From: Marsupella aquatica
Taxonomy: Eukaryota; Plantae; Marchantiophyta
Assembly: GCA_973895155.1 (NCBI GenBank)
Contig: OZ316891.1
Coordinates: 3,547,801 to 3,611,800 of the forward strand
Reading direction: 5' to 3'
DNA: 64,000 nucleotides
The position numbers were made by a program, and so were the translations under genes. How positions within the stretch are numbered: the first letter of the stretch is position 1; the number at the start of each line of letters is the position of its first letter. Shown one piece after another: positions 37,996-50,993 of the stretch. The notes below the pieces were generated by a model, which ran no database searches, was not told where the DNA came from, and was given only the letters and a program-made list of their open reading frames with translations.

Positions 37996-39051
37996 AATAG
38001 AGATCAGGAGGGAAAAAAACCTTGCAGAAAATGGATTCCATGATATTTCCTCTTTATCTTTGCCTTATCCCTGTTTTTTGTCTTCAAGTATGCTCTCAGT
38101 TAGAGTGAGGTCTAGAGACTTCAAATGGAAACGCCCCTAGACAATAGGCCTTGGGAGCAGCTTTTCATCTGCTTTACTAGTTGGATTATTCTGTTTGTTT
38201 TAGGGAACATAAAATCCACCCGGCAATTAGGAGGCAAAAAAAGACCCTAAACCATATTGTGCAGAGTATTGTCCACCTTATTGTCAAATATAATATTGTT
38301 CAACATATTGTGACCACAGGGCTGTACTATAGTGGTGTTGGATTGACACCTCGCAGCAATCCAACTCAAACTTCTTTTTGCATGGAATTTTTACAAATCA
38401 TATTGTAGCTCTGGGTAGTGACACATTGAGGCTAGCATAATGCTAAGAGGACAAGTTTTCCCTATTTCCATTCATTGTACTTTGTTTTTCCCTGAATTAT
38501 ACATTTTGGTGTTTTCTTTCTCATTTGCAATACGTTTTCATGTAAATTTTGGACAATCTTGTGTGATTACCTTCCGGTACAAAGAGCAATTACCCAAAAT
38601 GCATATGAGATCGATGCACATTATGAGAGAAAGTACTAGGCTAATCTCATACCCAGCATCTGCCAGGATCTATATATTTCAACCACGCAAAAGTCTTGTG
38701 CACTGTCATCAAGCTCCAGAATAGTTACTCTTTTTTAATGTCCTGTCCCCCGATTGTCAAAATCATTACCCTGCTGTCAAATTAACTTATTTATCAGATT
38801 GCCCCCATATTTTATGTGGTTTGGCTAACCAGACTAGACTAACCTAAGCCGGCACTTAATCCAATTGGGAAACATGGAGGCTCATAATTTATCCCCTCTG
38901 CCCACAAAAGCAGTGGAGATGGAGGGTAACCAAATGCTCTCTGAGTACATGTAATGACCATTGTCCTTTATATTCCATAATTATGTTAATAAATCCCTAT
39001 AACAAAAATAGAAAATACCTAATAGAACTTTATGAGGCAATTATGGATAAA

Positions 39052-39577
39052 CGAGCCCTATGCCAGTGCTTTGCACTGTGCAAGGAGGGCAGGTCTCGCA
39101 GGGGTGTCGGGGCCAGGAGGGCGCGAAGCCCTATGCGGAGCGAGGAGGGTGTAAGGAGGGGGGCATGCGAGGCTGCTATAAGAAGGGGGGCGAGCGAGGC
39201 AGCAGCCTCGCAGGGGTGTAGGGGCCAGGAGGGCGCAAAGCCCTATGCGGAGCGAGGAGGGTGTAAAGAGGGGGGCGGGCCCGAAGCCCTATGCGTTTGC
39301 TCCAAAATTGAATGTCTTTTGCCACGCGGAAGGCCTGTCTGCTTCCGTCATTATGAGTGCATGGAAGGGAGCAATTGCACGGTCCTGCGCCTGCCTGCGT
39401 GCCTCTTTCCTGGCATGTGTGCCTCATTGTAAGAGGGTATTAGAAGATCGGACGGTCATGAAAAATAAGATGTTTTAGTTTGACGGTCAATTTTGATTCC
39501 CGCTGGAATTCGAATTCGTAACGGGACGACGGACGAAAATTGGCCAAATGGACGGGATTGCCTATTATAGTGTTAGA
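39052..39577 (-). mobile_element. Small non-autonomous Helitron
   Basis: Minus-strand 5' end TCTAACACTATAATAGGCAATCCCG matches the 5' end of the element at 47388. 3' hairpin CAGTGC-TTT-GCACTG at ~39064-39078, with a degenerate CTCG terminus in place of CTAG. Flanked by A and T. GC-rich internal duplication. Confidence 0.65.
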
Positions 39578-42500
39578 TTCTTCAACTTCTGCTCATCAAC
39601 ATTTTTCCTTTATACTCAACTGGGCTCTCAATCATTTTAAAACTTGCAATAAACCCTAAACCATAACTGAAGGTGTTTGCTGAATAAGATGTGTATACAG
39701 TTCCCGATACAGTTAGGAACTTGAATTCTACATTTAGGAAAATTCAATGTCGTTCATTTTTGGGTTATCACACTATCTCCTCACAATTTCTCAAAAAAGA
39801 AATCGTGAAAAGACTGATAGAAAAAAGCTGAGATCATTCAAACTCTTCTGAATGTATTCTTTCTAGATTTTCACATTAATAAGGGTCTCGAATTCTGTGG
39901 CTAGACAGGTATTGTTTTAGACATAATTAGTAAATGAGTTTTATGGAATCTGACTATGGTAGTACGTCCATTGATCGGTTCTAAATTGTTTGATGACGAA
40001 GCAAACAAATCTTTTCACATTTAAATGTTCAGCCGGGTGCTTGCAGTTGTGACACGTATCACTAAATGTGAGTTGGGTGCAGAAAGCAAGCAACCAGTAC
40101 ACCTTGGGTTAGTTGGGTGGGCCATGAGTGGCCTGCAATCTCCCTTTTGGCCTGGAGAAAAGAGAGACTTGGGCATGAAGGTATGAGACTGCTACAGACA
40201 CCTGAAGGTCCCTCTGACCTTTCGTGGAGTTGTGTAGGACAGCTTATTTCTTTTTGGCTGTTGCAAAGTATGTATAAAAATTGAGTGGAATAAAATACAA
40301 CAGTAGAAATACAACACATGCAAAAAAAAAGTATTTGTTAAGATTGAGTGGAATAAAATCAAGAGTAGAAGTGCACCACATGCAAAGAGATATATTCACA
40401 TATGACCAGGAAAACTACCAGTCTATGGTACAAAGGTGTTGAGAAGTTGTGCACATAAGGTACACATCCTCACTTGCCTCAAGTAATGACACTCAAAACC
40501 ATAAATTAGGAAACAAAACCATGAGGAGAACTTAAAACATGAGGTGCCCACGTTGTTTAAAATCATTTATATCCCTCAGTCACTCATCAGAAGAGATAGA
40601 ATCTCTCCCAATTGTTAAAATTCCTTGGAATTTGCTAAAGGGACTGGATGCACAACATAGAAATGCAAAATTTGTGGGAAAGAATAGCTCTAGGATAGCA
40701 AAGATAAAAAAAAATTCAAAGGGGTGCCAAAATAAAATCTAAATAATGCAAAGGATGCACCATGTTAAGGCACGTTGAAATAAAAATACACTAGTACGGA
40801 ATGCCTGAATAAGACAAAATACTGAAAGATCTGTTAGCCATAAAACAGCATGTTACAGGAAAACTAAGATATAATCTTTACCTAGGAGTTTTTCAAGTTT
40901 CTACCTTGGTCCTTGCTCTCTTTTCCAAGAAATGTGAAGTGCTCCAACATGTGTCCATTTGAGTCAGCAATTTACAACATGCACCTGCAATTCTACTTCA
41001 AAGTTGTGTACAGGGAGAAAGCCTCAGCAGTAGAAGAGCACACTTGTAGGGGGGGCTATGCTGTTGGTGACTTTGATTTTCTTGCCATGGTTGGGGAATC
41101 TTGGGTTTTGTGGGTCTAGGTTCATCCCTTTTTCTCCCGTTTATTGGGTCTCTTGTCTCCCGACTAGGTGCTTTTAGTTCTTTGCCAGTGTGTTGGGTCT
41201 CTTGTCTCCCAGCTAGGTGCTTTTTGTTCTTTGCCAGTGTGCCATATATTTTCATCTATCCATCCATCATTTCGTGAGGTGTAAGCTCTAATGGGATGTC
41301 CCATGAATATTTTAGACTTAGAGAAGATTTTGTTACTTTGTCACACCATTCTAGGTAGTATTGTAGTATATTGTACTATGTAGGTTTGCACATCTAGTAT
41401 ATGTGCTATATGAGCCGATAAGGTTCTATTAGGTTTGTGTGGGAGAGTAGTTCTCCATTGTGAGGCATCAAAAGGTTGTCTTTTGACGTTGAGCCTTGAA
41501 GAGGGCAGCTCGTGTTGTGGCTATGGTGGCTGAGAGCTCCTTCTATGTAACGTGGATTCCTTGAGTGCAAGGTGTGTTGGCTTGACATATGTGTGTGATC
41601 GGATAGGACGGGATTGAGTACGTATCGTTGGCGTTGATCACTATTCAGATCCATTGAAAATTATTGTGAGTTTTGGACATGTGTGGACATGAGTTCCACT
41701 TGTTCTTCATTCTCTTATGTATGAGTGATGTATTCATTGTGCTTAGTTGGGGATATATGTGACAAGCAATGTATGTTGTGTAGCGATGTGTATGCGCACG
41801 ACAACTTCCACGAGGATGGAGCAAACATTCCAAGCAGCTCAGATAAGGTGTTTTTGGTCAAATCCACCCTAGAATCCTCCAAAAAACTACTAAGTTACAT
41901 TGGATTCTACTTTCTATGGCTAGTCCCCCTTATATTCCCATCCAGGGTTAAAATTGCTGACTTTGCACACCCCAATGGTCCTATATCTCCCCCATAGACC
42001 CAAGCACGCATGCCCAAAGTGCCCCTGTGTTAATTTGCGGTGCAATGTAATTTAGGTCAAAATGTCCCACACAATGCATTTTGGGCCTTTACTACACATC
42101 AATCATTCATATTGCAATTGCTGAAATAGGGCCTTGGGCTCAAATAGAAATTTCAGAATTAAACTATGTTTGAACATGCAATATATCCTTATTTTCAATC
42201 TAATGAGACAAACTACGCCTAGCTTGACTCAATCAGGCCTTACTAGGCGTTCTATAAAAACTCACTATACAAAACTCAAGTACAAAGACCAAAGGCTTTC
42301 TATTTGAATAGAACTACCTTGAGGCTTAATATTCAAATACAAGGAACATTCTGAATTCTCAAACTATGTCAAGTAATAGATCAAACATAAGAGTTGGAAA
42401 AAATGGGCTTAAGAAACAAAGATCTAGAAGTTGTCTGAATAAATGCATAAGTCTGCCAAAATTTACCAGTTTACAATTGGCTGATGGGTTTGGAAAACCA

Positions 42501-43803
42501 CTTGGGGCTTCTGCCTCAAAAGTGAAATGGGTTTTCAAAAGTAATTTGTTCATGGACCCAGTGTTCATTGTAATTAGTTTGTGGACCCCCTAGCTACATT
42601 ATTTAGGCCTTGTTTGAGTAAAAACAATCATATATGTAATATTAGCTTTAGCTCAAGTTGTGAGAGGCTATAATGCTCCCTAAGCTTTCTAGTAGCTTAG
42701 TCCGATTTGTAGAAGATTTGTCACCAGATTTTTCAATATATGTACTTTCAAATAATTGGAAATTCTGGAGATTTTACTTAAGTTTGACTTTGGCAAGTTT
42801 TGAATTAGAGATTACTAGCCTCATGACCTTGACGCAACTATTCACCAGATGGAGAAGGGCATAGCTTAAGCTTTGAGAAGTCTGAGTGGGAAGGGAAGAT
42901 GGTAGTCATGTTGTGTTGGACAAGTAGGGTAGATTTTATAGTTTGCATTGTTTAGATTACATTTTCTCATGAAACCCTCGATGAAACCATTGTGGACCCA
43001 TTTAGTGGTGCCTGAGCAGTTTGGCATTCCGTCAATTGCTGCAGGAATACTTTGCTTTGCAGGCCAGACAGCATGGTTATCACAAGCAGTTGTCAAAATC
43101 AGATCCTATTGTTACATGCATTCAAATTCTCAAGCTAAGAGAGTCAAAATTCAATCCATGGCAAGTGCATTTGCACCCAGGCCAACGGCGTGATTATCAC
43201 AAGTAGTTATCAAAATTAGGCCTTTTTGCTACATGCAACCAAATTCTCAAGCTAAGAGTCAAAATTCAAGTGCATTTGAAACAAGATCAATGTTTGATCA
43301 AATGAATTTATTAGTTTGTTGAGTTTGAGTTTGGACCATGGCTAGCAGTTTACCTTAATTGCAAAAGGCCAGAAATCTTACTCCAGGTGCCAATTACCCT
43401 TTAACAAGGAAATTATCAAGTTAGTTGTTAGTCATTGTTTATTATCTGAAATTTACTTTTTAAATCTTTGAATTTAATTATTAAAATTGGATACTTAACT
43501 AAAATGGTTACATAGTGACAGTTTTAATCGTCTTGCTCTTTGCATTTCTAATTTTTTACTTTTCTTTTTACAACATGGCGTCCCAAAATTTACACCCAAA
43601 TTGACACAAACACGAATGAAAACTGTAAGTTTGATTCACAAAACAGACGAGTCTTGTTTATTGCGATTGTTGTTGATGTGGCACGTTGTGGTGCTAGGAA
43701 TTTTGGAAGGGACCTCTCATGGGGGTCCGTAATAATGTTCATGGTTAGTATACCAAAATTACTCAATTTTGAAGAATGGACATGACAAAGGTTTTCTTCA
43801 ACA

Positions 43804-44066
43804 CTTAGAGGTCTCACTATTTGAAGACGTCCCCATCACCTACAACGTTTTTAGGCCTTGGACCCCCTAAATGTAAGAAAAAAATATTTTTTCAACCCAT
43901 ATAAAAATTTGGTTAGACCCTATTGTTTTGATAAGTCTCAAAATTGGATTTAAAAGATCCTATTGTTCTTTTGAGAAAATTCTTAAGTCTTCCCTTTGAG
44001 CAAATAAAATGACCCTATCTTTTGTCGCACGTGATATGTCATTTTTGTGGAAGTGAAACCCCCAAG
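43804..44066 (-). mobile_element. MITE, CTCGGGGG-TIR family, copy 3
   Basis: Ends CTTAGAGGTCTCACT and AGTGAAACCCCCAAG. TSD CTTCAACA at 43796-43803 and 44067-44074. Confidence 0.95.
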
Positions 44067-44101
44067 CTTCAACATATTGCTTTGAAATAGGTTTTGGTTT
44101 G

Positions 44102-44283
44102 GCATGTTCATTATTTACACTCATAGTCATTATTTTCTCATCCTGTCCAATGTCTAGTGATGATCCATTTTTGCGCTAACTCGTAGTGTTGTCAATTTGT
44201 CGCAAACGAGAGGCTTATGGATCATCACTAGACACCAAAAAGGATGAGAAAATAATGACTATGAATGTAAATAATGAACATGC
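44102..44283. repeat. ~180-bp fold-back (hairpin) with ~67-bp arms
   Basis: GCATGTTCATTATTTACACTCATAGTCATTATT...TGTCTAGTGATGATCCAT pairs with ATGGATCATCACTAGACA...AATAATGACTATGAATGTAAATAATGAACATGC. Confidence 0.85.
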
Positions 44284-45003
44284 TAAAATGGGTGCTAAAA
44301 CTGTGGGTGGGAGTGGGATAGCCATTGTTTTCTCTCCTACGTAGCGTTTCACTCTTGATCCAATCAAGCAACCCTCAATGAATTATGTGTGGATACAAGT
44401 GAATCTGCCAAATCATTTAATACGTCAATTAGAAGTGTTTAATTAATTTATTTATCCCCCCTCCTTCTGGCGCCCCCACTCCCAACACACTTTTTGCTTT
44501 TGTTTTTCTTTCACCTGAGTGATCTGTTTGATGAGAGTCATTAGAAAGTGTTATGAAATTTATTTTCTTGAAATCTGTGTAGTGAGCATGTCCCCAAGTT
44601 AGGCACCACCATAAAAAAACTCATTCAACCCAAACTAACTTGAGATGACAAACTAACTTGAGATGACAAAGTTATAATGGCTGAAAAGCTCTTTTGATGC
44701 AACTTAGGATGATGACATGCCTGAGTAGCACAAAAACAGCACCATGAGAACTCAAAAGGGAAATCTGATGAACTTGAGTATCATTAGCTTACCGTCACCA
44801 TTAAGCACCAACATCTAACCTCATTTGTCAATCTCAGAATTTGACGGCTTGTTTGCGCAATTAATTTTGTTACTCGACCTATTGTTTGTTGTTATATGCA
44901 TCTTTGACGGTTTCTGGGTCTAACCAGTAGTGGTGGGCAAACAACTGAACCCATGTTTGGGACTAATAGTGTTGATGTGGCCATATGTGCAGCTAGGGAA
45001 TTT

Positions 45004-45287
45004 CTCAGGAGTTTCACTTCCACAAAAATGACACATCACATGCAACGAAGTATAGGGTCATTTTATTGGTTCAAAGGGAAGACTTAAGAATTTTCTTTGA
45101 AGAACAATAGAGTATTTTAAATCAAATTTTGAGACTTACAAGAATAATAGGGTCCTTATAACCAATTTTTTGGAGTATTCCAATTTTATAGGGGTTGAAA
45201 AATTAAAAAAATCTTTCATTTTAGGGGGTCTGAGGCCTAAAAATGTTGCAGGTGATGGGGAGACATCCATATAATGAGACCCCCGAG
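45004..45287 (+). mobile_element. MITE, CTCGGGGG-TIR family, copy 4
   Basis: Ends CTCAGGAGTTTCACT and AATGAGACCCCCGAG. TSD GGGAATTT at 44996-45003 and 45288-45295. Confidence 0.95.
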
Positions 45288-46651
45288 GGGAATTTGGAAG
45301 GTACTTCTCATGGAGGTCAGTCACCAGTCATTTTACATTTGCAAGGTAGATTGGCTGATGACTTTGTGCTGTCCATGGGGATGGGAAGGGATAACTCTTA
45401 GGTTTCCTTTCTAGTTTTAACTTATTGGGAAAAGGTAAACATCAGTAATATATAATATCCTAAATGAGTATATTAAAAATTAGATGTACAATAAAGTAAA
45501 GATAAGAAAGAAGAGGTCATAAAGAAGCAAAATCATAGTGGAGTAAATAATAATAAAAGTTGACAGGTTGATGAGGAAGATAAAGAGTCAATTGTAGTAC
45601 AAAAGTTCAAGATGGGGAGAGTCAAGTAATATCTAGTTGACTAGTCTGATGCCCGTACGTTGCACACGACATATTTTGAGGAGAGAGCAAGATATCAAGG
45701 AGAGGCAAAGATGTTGAGGCGGAGGCGAGATGTTAAGGAGAGGGCAAGATTTCAAGGCAATGCAAAGATGTTGAGGTGAGGGCAAAATGTTGAGGTGAGG
45801 AAAAGATGTCAAGGTGAGAAAAGGAGGTTGAGGAGAGAAAAGATGGCAGTGTAAGCGGGAATGTAAGAAAAAGATGTAAAGATGAGGAAAAGATGTCGAG
45901 GAGAGAAAAAATGTTGAGGGTGAAGGAAATATATTGCACTGATATGAAGATGTCAAGGTGAGCAAAAGGTAAGATGTCGAGTTGAGGAAAAGATGTCAAA
46001 CCAGGTGAAAAAAGATCTCAAGGAGAGAAAAAATGTCAAAAGTGAAAAATGTCATGGTGAGATTAAGATGTCAATGTTAGAAAAATGACAAGATGAAAGA
46101 AAAATGTTAAGGTAAAATTGTTGTGATGGTGTTTAATAACCTGTGTGCACACAGAAATTGGAGACGCAAGATAACGACCACCGCATCTATTCAACCCATG
46201 TTTATTAGTTTACCCAATTTTTTGGCTTCCCCATTCCACCTCGCCCGGCCCCCTCCCCTCTCCCATCCTCTCCCATTCTTTCCTTGCTTTCCCCTCTTGC
46301 CCTCCTAGTGCGGTTGTCCTTCCTCCTCCCCCTTTTTCTTCCCTTTAACACCATGAAAAAGGTAAAAAAAGGAGTTAAAAATGTGAAGAAAAGACAATTA
46401 ACTTCCAAAAAAATTAATCTCCTTTTTAAGAGTAAAAGCCCAATTAATCCCCTTAGTGCTTGCTCCCTGCCAAAAACCATCATGTGAAATCAATCGATTT
46501 TCACTTTATGTTCCATGCCAAAATGTACTCTAAATAGACCATAAAATAATATGCTTCCACTTTAATGCTCCATGCAAAAAAGTACTATAAGCAAGCTACA
46601 AAATAACTATATTCAAATACTCTATGATGTACTATGTATACCTTGTACTAT

Positions 46652-46936
46652 CTCGGGGGTTTCATTTCCACAAAAATGACATATCACGTGCGATGAAATA
46701 TAGGGTCATTTTATTGATTCAAAGGGAAGACTTAAGAATTTTTTGAGAAGAACCATATGGTCTTTTAAATCCGATTTTGAGACTTATAAGAACATTAGGG
46801 TCCTTGTAACCAAAATTTTGGAATATTCCAACTTTATAGAGGTTTAAAAACAATTTTTTTTCTTACATTTTAGGGGGTCCGAGGCCTAAAAACGTTGTAG
46901 GTGATGGGGAAGCATCCATATAGTGAGACCCTCGAG
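46652..46936 (+). mobile_element. MITE, CTCGGGGG-TIR family, copy 5
   Basis: Ends CTCGGGGGTTTCATT and AGTGAGACCCTCGAG. TSD TGTACTAT at 46644-46651 and 46937-46944. Confidence 0.96.
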
Positions 46937-46981
46937 TGTACTATATACTATAACCTAGGACTAATCTTAGCTACCCATCTC

Positions 46982-47256
46982 CTCGGGGGTCTCAATATAC
47001 GGATGCCTTCCCATCACCTGCGACGTTTTTAGGCCTCGGACCCCCTAAAATGTAAGAATTTTTTTAAAAAAAATTAACCCCTATAAAATTTTTGGTTATA
47101 AGGACCCTAATGATCTTATAAGTCTCAAAATTGGATTTAAAAGACCCTATTGTTCTTCTTAGAAAATTCTTAAGTTTTCCCTTTGAACCAATAAAATGAC
47201 CCTATACTTCGTCGCACGTGATATAATGCCATTTTTGTGGAAGTGAAACCCCCGAG
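46982..47256 (-). mobile_element. MITE, CTCGGGGG-TIR family, copy 6
   Basis: Ends CTCGGGGGTCTCAAT and AGTGAAACCCCCGAG. TSD CCCATCTC at 46974-46981 and 47257-47264. Confidence 0.96.
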
Positions 47257-47764
47257 CCCATCTCACTCAATCCAAGAGCCTGAAATAATTTTAGAAAATA
47301 TTTGATGGCTGAATGTTGTCCCTCCTTTTTCACTTTTGTAACGGGATGACGGACTAAAACTGGCGGGATTGGTTATTATAGTAGTAGATTGAGTTGGTGG
47401 TCATGGCATCCAGGGTGAAAAACTTAGTGACCTAGTGGGTACTTCCATAACTAAATAAATTTTGTTCAGGGTTTCCAATGTCCTTGGCCTACAAGAGTGA
47501 ACAGGGTCCAGGTGTTTGGTTTTAGGGTTCTATTCAAATTCCACTTAGTGATCACTCCAAAGCTTTTCATTCTGCTCTAGTTATCTTTCTCTAGCCATTG
47601 TTTTGGGACTTTTGGGACTCTTGGGCTTTCTGGCTCATTAGTCTTCCCTGATATTTTTGTTTGTTTTCCTCCTTTAATGGGTTTCTTGCCTGTGATTGAG
47701 ATCCTCTCCCCTTGTTGATGCCTTTTCTTCGTTCAGAATTGTATAGTGTAAACTATGGTGTGGA

Positions 47765-48085
47765 GCCTCTGTTGGAACCTAGCCTCATGACCTTTTTTTG
47801 TTGATGGATGTGTGTGGTCTTCTTGTCACTTTGAAAGAGCGGGAAGTAAAACATCAGAAATAATTTTAGGGGATCACCTTCAAAATGGCAGAAAATTAAA
47901 AAATAGGAGATTACCCTCCAACATCACTGGGTAAAAAACAAAGTCCTCTCTTGGAACCTCCCCTCATGACCCTTTTTATCAAAGTGATATACGCTGACTT
48001 CTTGTGTCACTTTGAAAGGGCAAGGAAAAAATTTAGAAATAATTCAAGGGGGTCATCTTCAAATTGGAAGAAAACTAAAAATATA
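47765..48085 (+). repeat. ~180-bp tandem duplication in the FolD promoter region
   Basis: TTGGAACCT..CCTCATGACCTTTTT...TGTCACTTTGAAAG...AGAAATAATT occurs at ~47772 and ~47951. Confidence 0.75.
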
Positions 48086-48527
48086 TACTAAGGGATGAAG
48101 ATCAACTTAGCATAGATGACAAAAAAAAACAAACCCTCCATAGGAAATATTAAAAATTAAATAATGATGACAAACATTGCCTGAGCTGGTCAATTATTGA
48201 TTTAGCCGAGTTCAAATTTTCGTATATTTTACAGTTCTTTGAACTACTGTATGAGTTGCGGTGGTTTCTCTACGTTTTCACGACAAGAGGTAGAATGCTG
48301 AAGTTCAATGCGATCCCATCGAAAGAGGGTGAGTCGCTGGATAATTTACTCCTCACCAGAGGACCAATTAAAAGGTCGAAGGTCATGCTCCAACTGGAAG
48401 AAGATTCATCTGATTTCCCTCGTGACCACCACATCTCCGCAGTCTTGCAGACGAAGAAAGTTTTGCAGTGGTGAGATCTGGAAGAACAGAATAGTGGTCT
48501 CGGTAACATTGTGTGGGGCGGCGAGCT

Positions 48528-50993
48528 ATGGCAGAGGAGGAATCAAAGCTGGAGGGAGCAAAGATCATCGACGGCAAGGCTATCGGGAAACTCATTCATG
48601 ATGGCATTCGGGAGGAGATCTCAGTGCTCAAGGCACAGTATGGCAAAGTGAGAACGATATTCACCTCGCATTTGTTGGATTCATTGTGACTGAATTGACA
48701 CGACTTTAAAGTGCATTCAATGTTTTCTTTCAGGGATGTGTCTCTGCGCATTTGTGCCCAAGAAATGTACAGTTTTTTTATCCTGAGGCTGAGGATTTTG
48801 ATCCGGTGACTCAATTCTCTCCCTCGCTTTACAGGTTCCCGGGCTGGCAGTGGTTATAGTAGGAGCAAGGAAAGATTCGCAAACATATGTGAGGATGAAA
48901 AGAAAGGCGTGTGCCGAAGTGGGTATCAAGTCAATCGATGTCAACTTGCCAGAGGATACTTCACAAGAGGAAATCCTGGAAAAAGTCCTGGAGTTGAATG
49001 CTGACCCCGAAGTTCACGGTAGATTGCATTGTTGTCCCTCTTATTTTTCGTGAAATTCTGCAATGATCAGAGAATCCTCTAGTACTTCAATGTTTGCTGG
49101 AAATGAACTCTTTCCGATTGTTAAAACCTACTAACCTTTGCACAGGTATATTGGTGCAGCTACCTCTCCCGAAGCATGTGAATGAAGAGCAGGTCCTCCT
49201 TTGTATCAGTATTGAGAAGGATGTGGACGGCTTTCATCCCCTCAACATAGGGAACCTCTGTATGAAGGACAGGGAGCCTCAGGCCATTCCATGCACGCCC
49301 AGGGTATTTCTCTGTCCCCGGCCTTTCCCCATCGTGATTGTTGATGATTGACTGTAGGGTTGGATCGACCTCTCAATGTCTCGCAGCTAAGCGCATTGTT
49401 CTGCCTTTCCACGTAGGGGTAAAGATTGGACTAAATAAATAAGCTTAAGATCTTGAGGTTCTTGATATAATACTTAAACCAGCAATAGCACCTTTAGCAA
49501 ACGTTTGCCATTATTCAATTTCATGGTTGCTAGCTATTCTTCGTTGTAATTTGATGGTGGGTCGTGTTGATAGGCTGTGAACGTTTCCTAATTCTTGTGA
49601 AGTATCTGTTTTGCATCGTTTACTACCGTCACTGATGTAGCACTAGTTTACTTGTGTCTTCTTTGTAAGTAGAGTGACATGTTGCTTGAGGTAGTGGAAT
49701 GGGTTGACATAGGCGATCAAATCTCAGCAAGTGCGTGTCTTGGTCAGTTTAAACCCATTTGACCGTATCCGGTGGTGGCTCGGGTTTAAATTATTCGTAT
49801 CTCACAGTTCTGTTTGCTTGTTTTCCCAGGGTTGCATAGAGCTTTTGGTCAGAAGTGGCATTCCTATCTCTGGAAAGAGAGCTGTTGTGGTTGGACGCAG
49901 TAATATTGTGGGAATGCCTGTTGCCTTGTTATTAACCAAGCATGATGCCACTGTGACAATTGTGCACTCTCGCACCAAAGATGCTCAGTCGATTGTCAAA
50001 GATGCAGACATAGTCGTTGCTGCTTCAGGTCGAGCAAAGATGGTAAGAGTTTATAGCGAGCTCCTCTCGGTGTCCCCTTCCTATTTGTGGTATTCTCACA
50101 TCCATAGCTCTTTAATTGCATTGCTGCTCTTGTATGCTTTTCTCTTTTTCTCGTCTGAGCTGAATATGGAAAACATTCAGTGCTTCCTATTCCGAATATC
50201 AGTTGTAACTTCAGCAGAGCATGCTATTTGTGAAGTTCAGCCATGAGACCGCTCTTAGCTTCTGTCGTGGACGCTCATCTATTCATTCGAGATGTTGTTC
50301 CTTAACCCGATAAAGGTCTTAAGAAGAAATTGCGTTTCATGCACTGAAGATTCTCGGTTATTGTGAGGTCGTTTGGATTTTATCGTTCGCTAGGCACTCC
50401 GCTAGTAGCTGTGCTCTCTTAATCCAAGGCATACTGGATTTGCAAATTCCGTTTGTTTCTATTTCCTCTGTGTTTTGCAGTCAAAATGAGAGCATATTTA
50501 GGGTCTTCTAGAGAGCATATGAGAAGAAAATATCATTATGTCTGGGGATTTTATGAGCATATTCTGATTTCTTCTATAAGCACCGGCGTGCTAGATGTCA
50601 ACAAGACCCGGGAACCTGATACAGTGCAATTGTTTCTCCCAATTTATGTCTAGTGCTATGCTGCTCCGATCTTAGAGGTGCAAAGGCCAAAAGGTGTTTC
50701 CCCTTATCCGTATGCCCTCAACTGTTTCTAATTTTCTCAGGATTTGACGGTTGCAGATTAAAGGAGACTGGATAAAACCGGGCGCAGCTGTCATTGATGT
50801 GGGTACCAACCCTGTTGATGATCCAACCAAAAAGGCTGGTTATCGAATTGTGGGAGATTGTGACTTCGAAGAAGTCAAGAAGGTGGCCGGATGGATCACT
50901 CCAGTTCCAGGAGGCGTGGGACCTATGACCATCGCCATGCTTCTACAAAATACTCTTGATAGTGCAAAGCGTACATTCTCGGCGTGCACGTGA
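48528..50993 (+). CDS. FOLD: Bifunctional methylenetetrahydrofolate dehydrogenase/cyclohydrolase (FolD), 5 exons, ~303 aa, probably cytosolic
   Basis: Exons 48528-48647, 48835-49018, 49146-49303, 49830-50042 and 50757-50993, GT-AG and in phase. Motifs [67 protein letters not shown]. An in-frame stop just upstream of the ATG argues against a transit peptide in this exon. Confidence 0.97.

Larger units (their letters stand above)
45641..47388 (-). mobile_element. Non-autonomous Helitron carrying two MITE insertions
   Basis: Minus strand begins TCTACTACTATAATAACC and ends GTGCAACGTACGGGC-ATCAGA-CTAG (hairpin plus CTAG). Inserted between A and T with no TSD. Degenerate ~19-bp AAAGATGTYRAGGWGAG array at ~45680-46110. 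Confidence 0.82.

Noticed and set aside
40048-41345. Possible solo LTR (TGTGACAC...TGTCACA)
   Set aside because: Flanks GCAGT and CCATT do not form a TSD, and no PBS or PPT was found.
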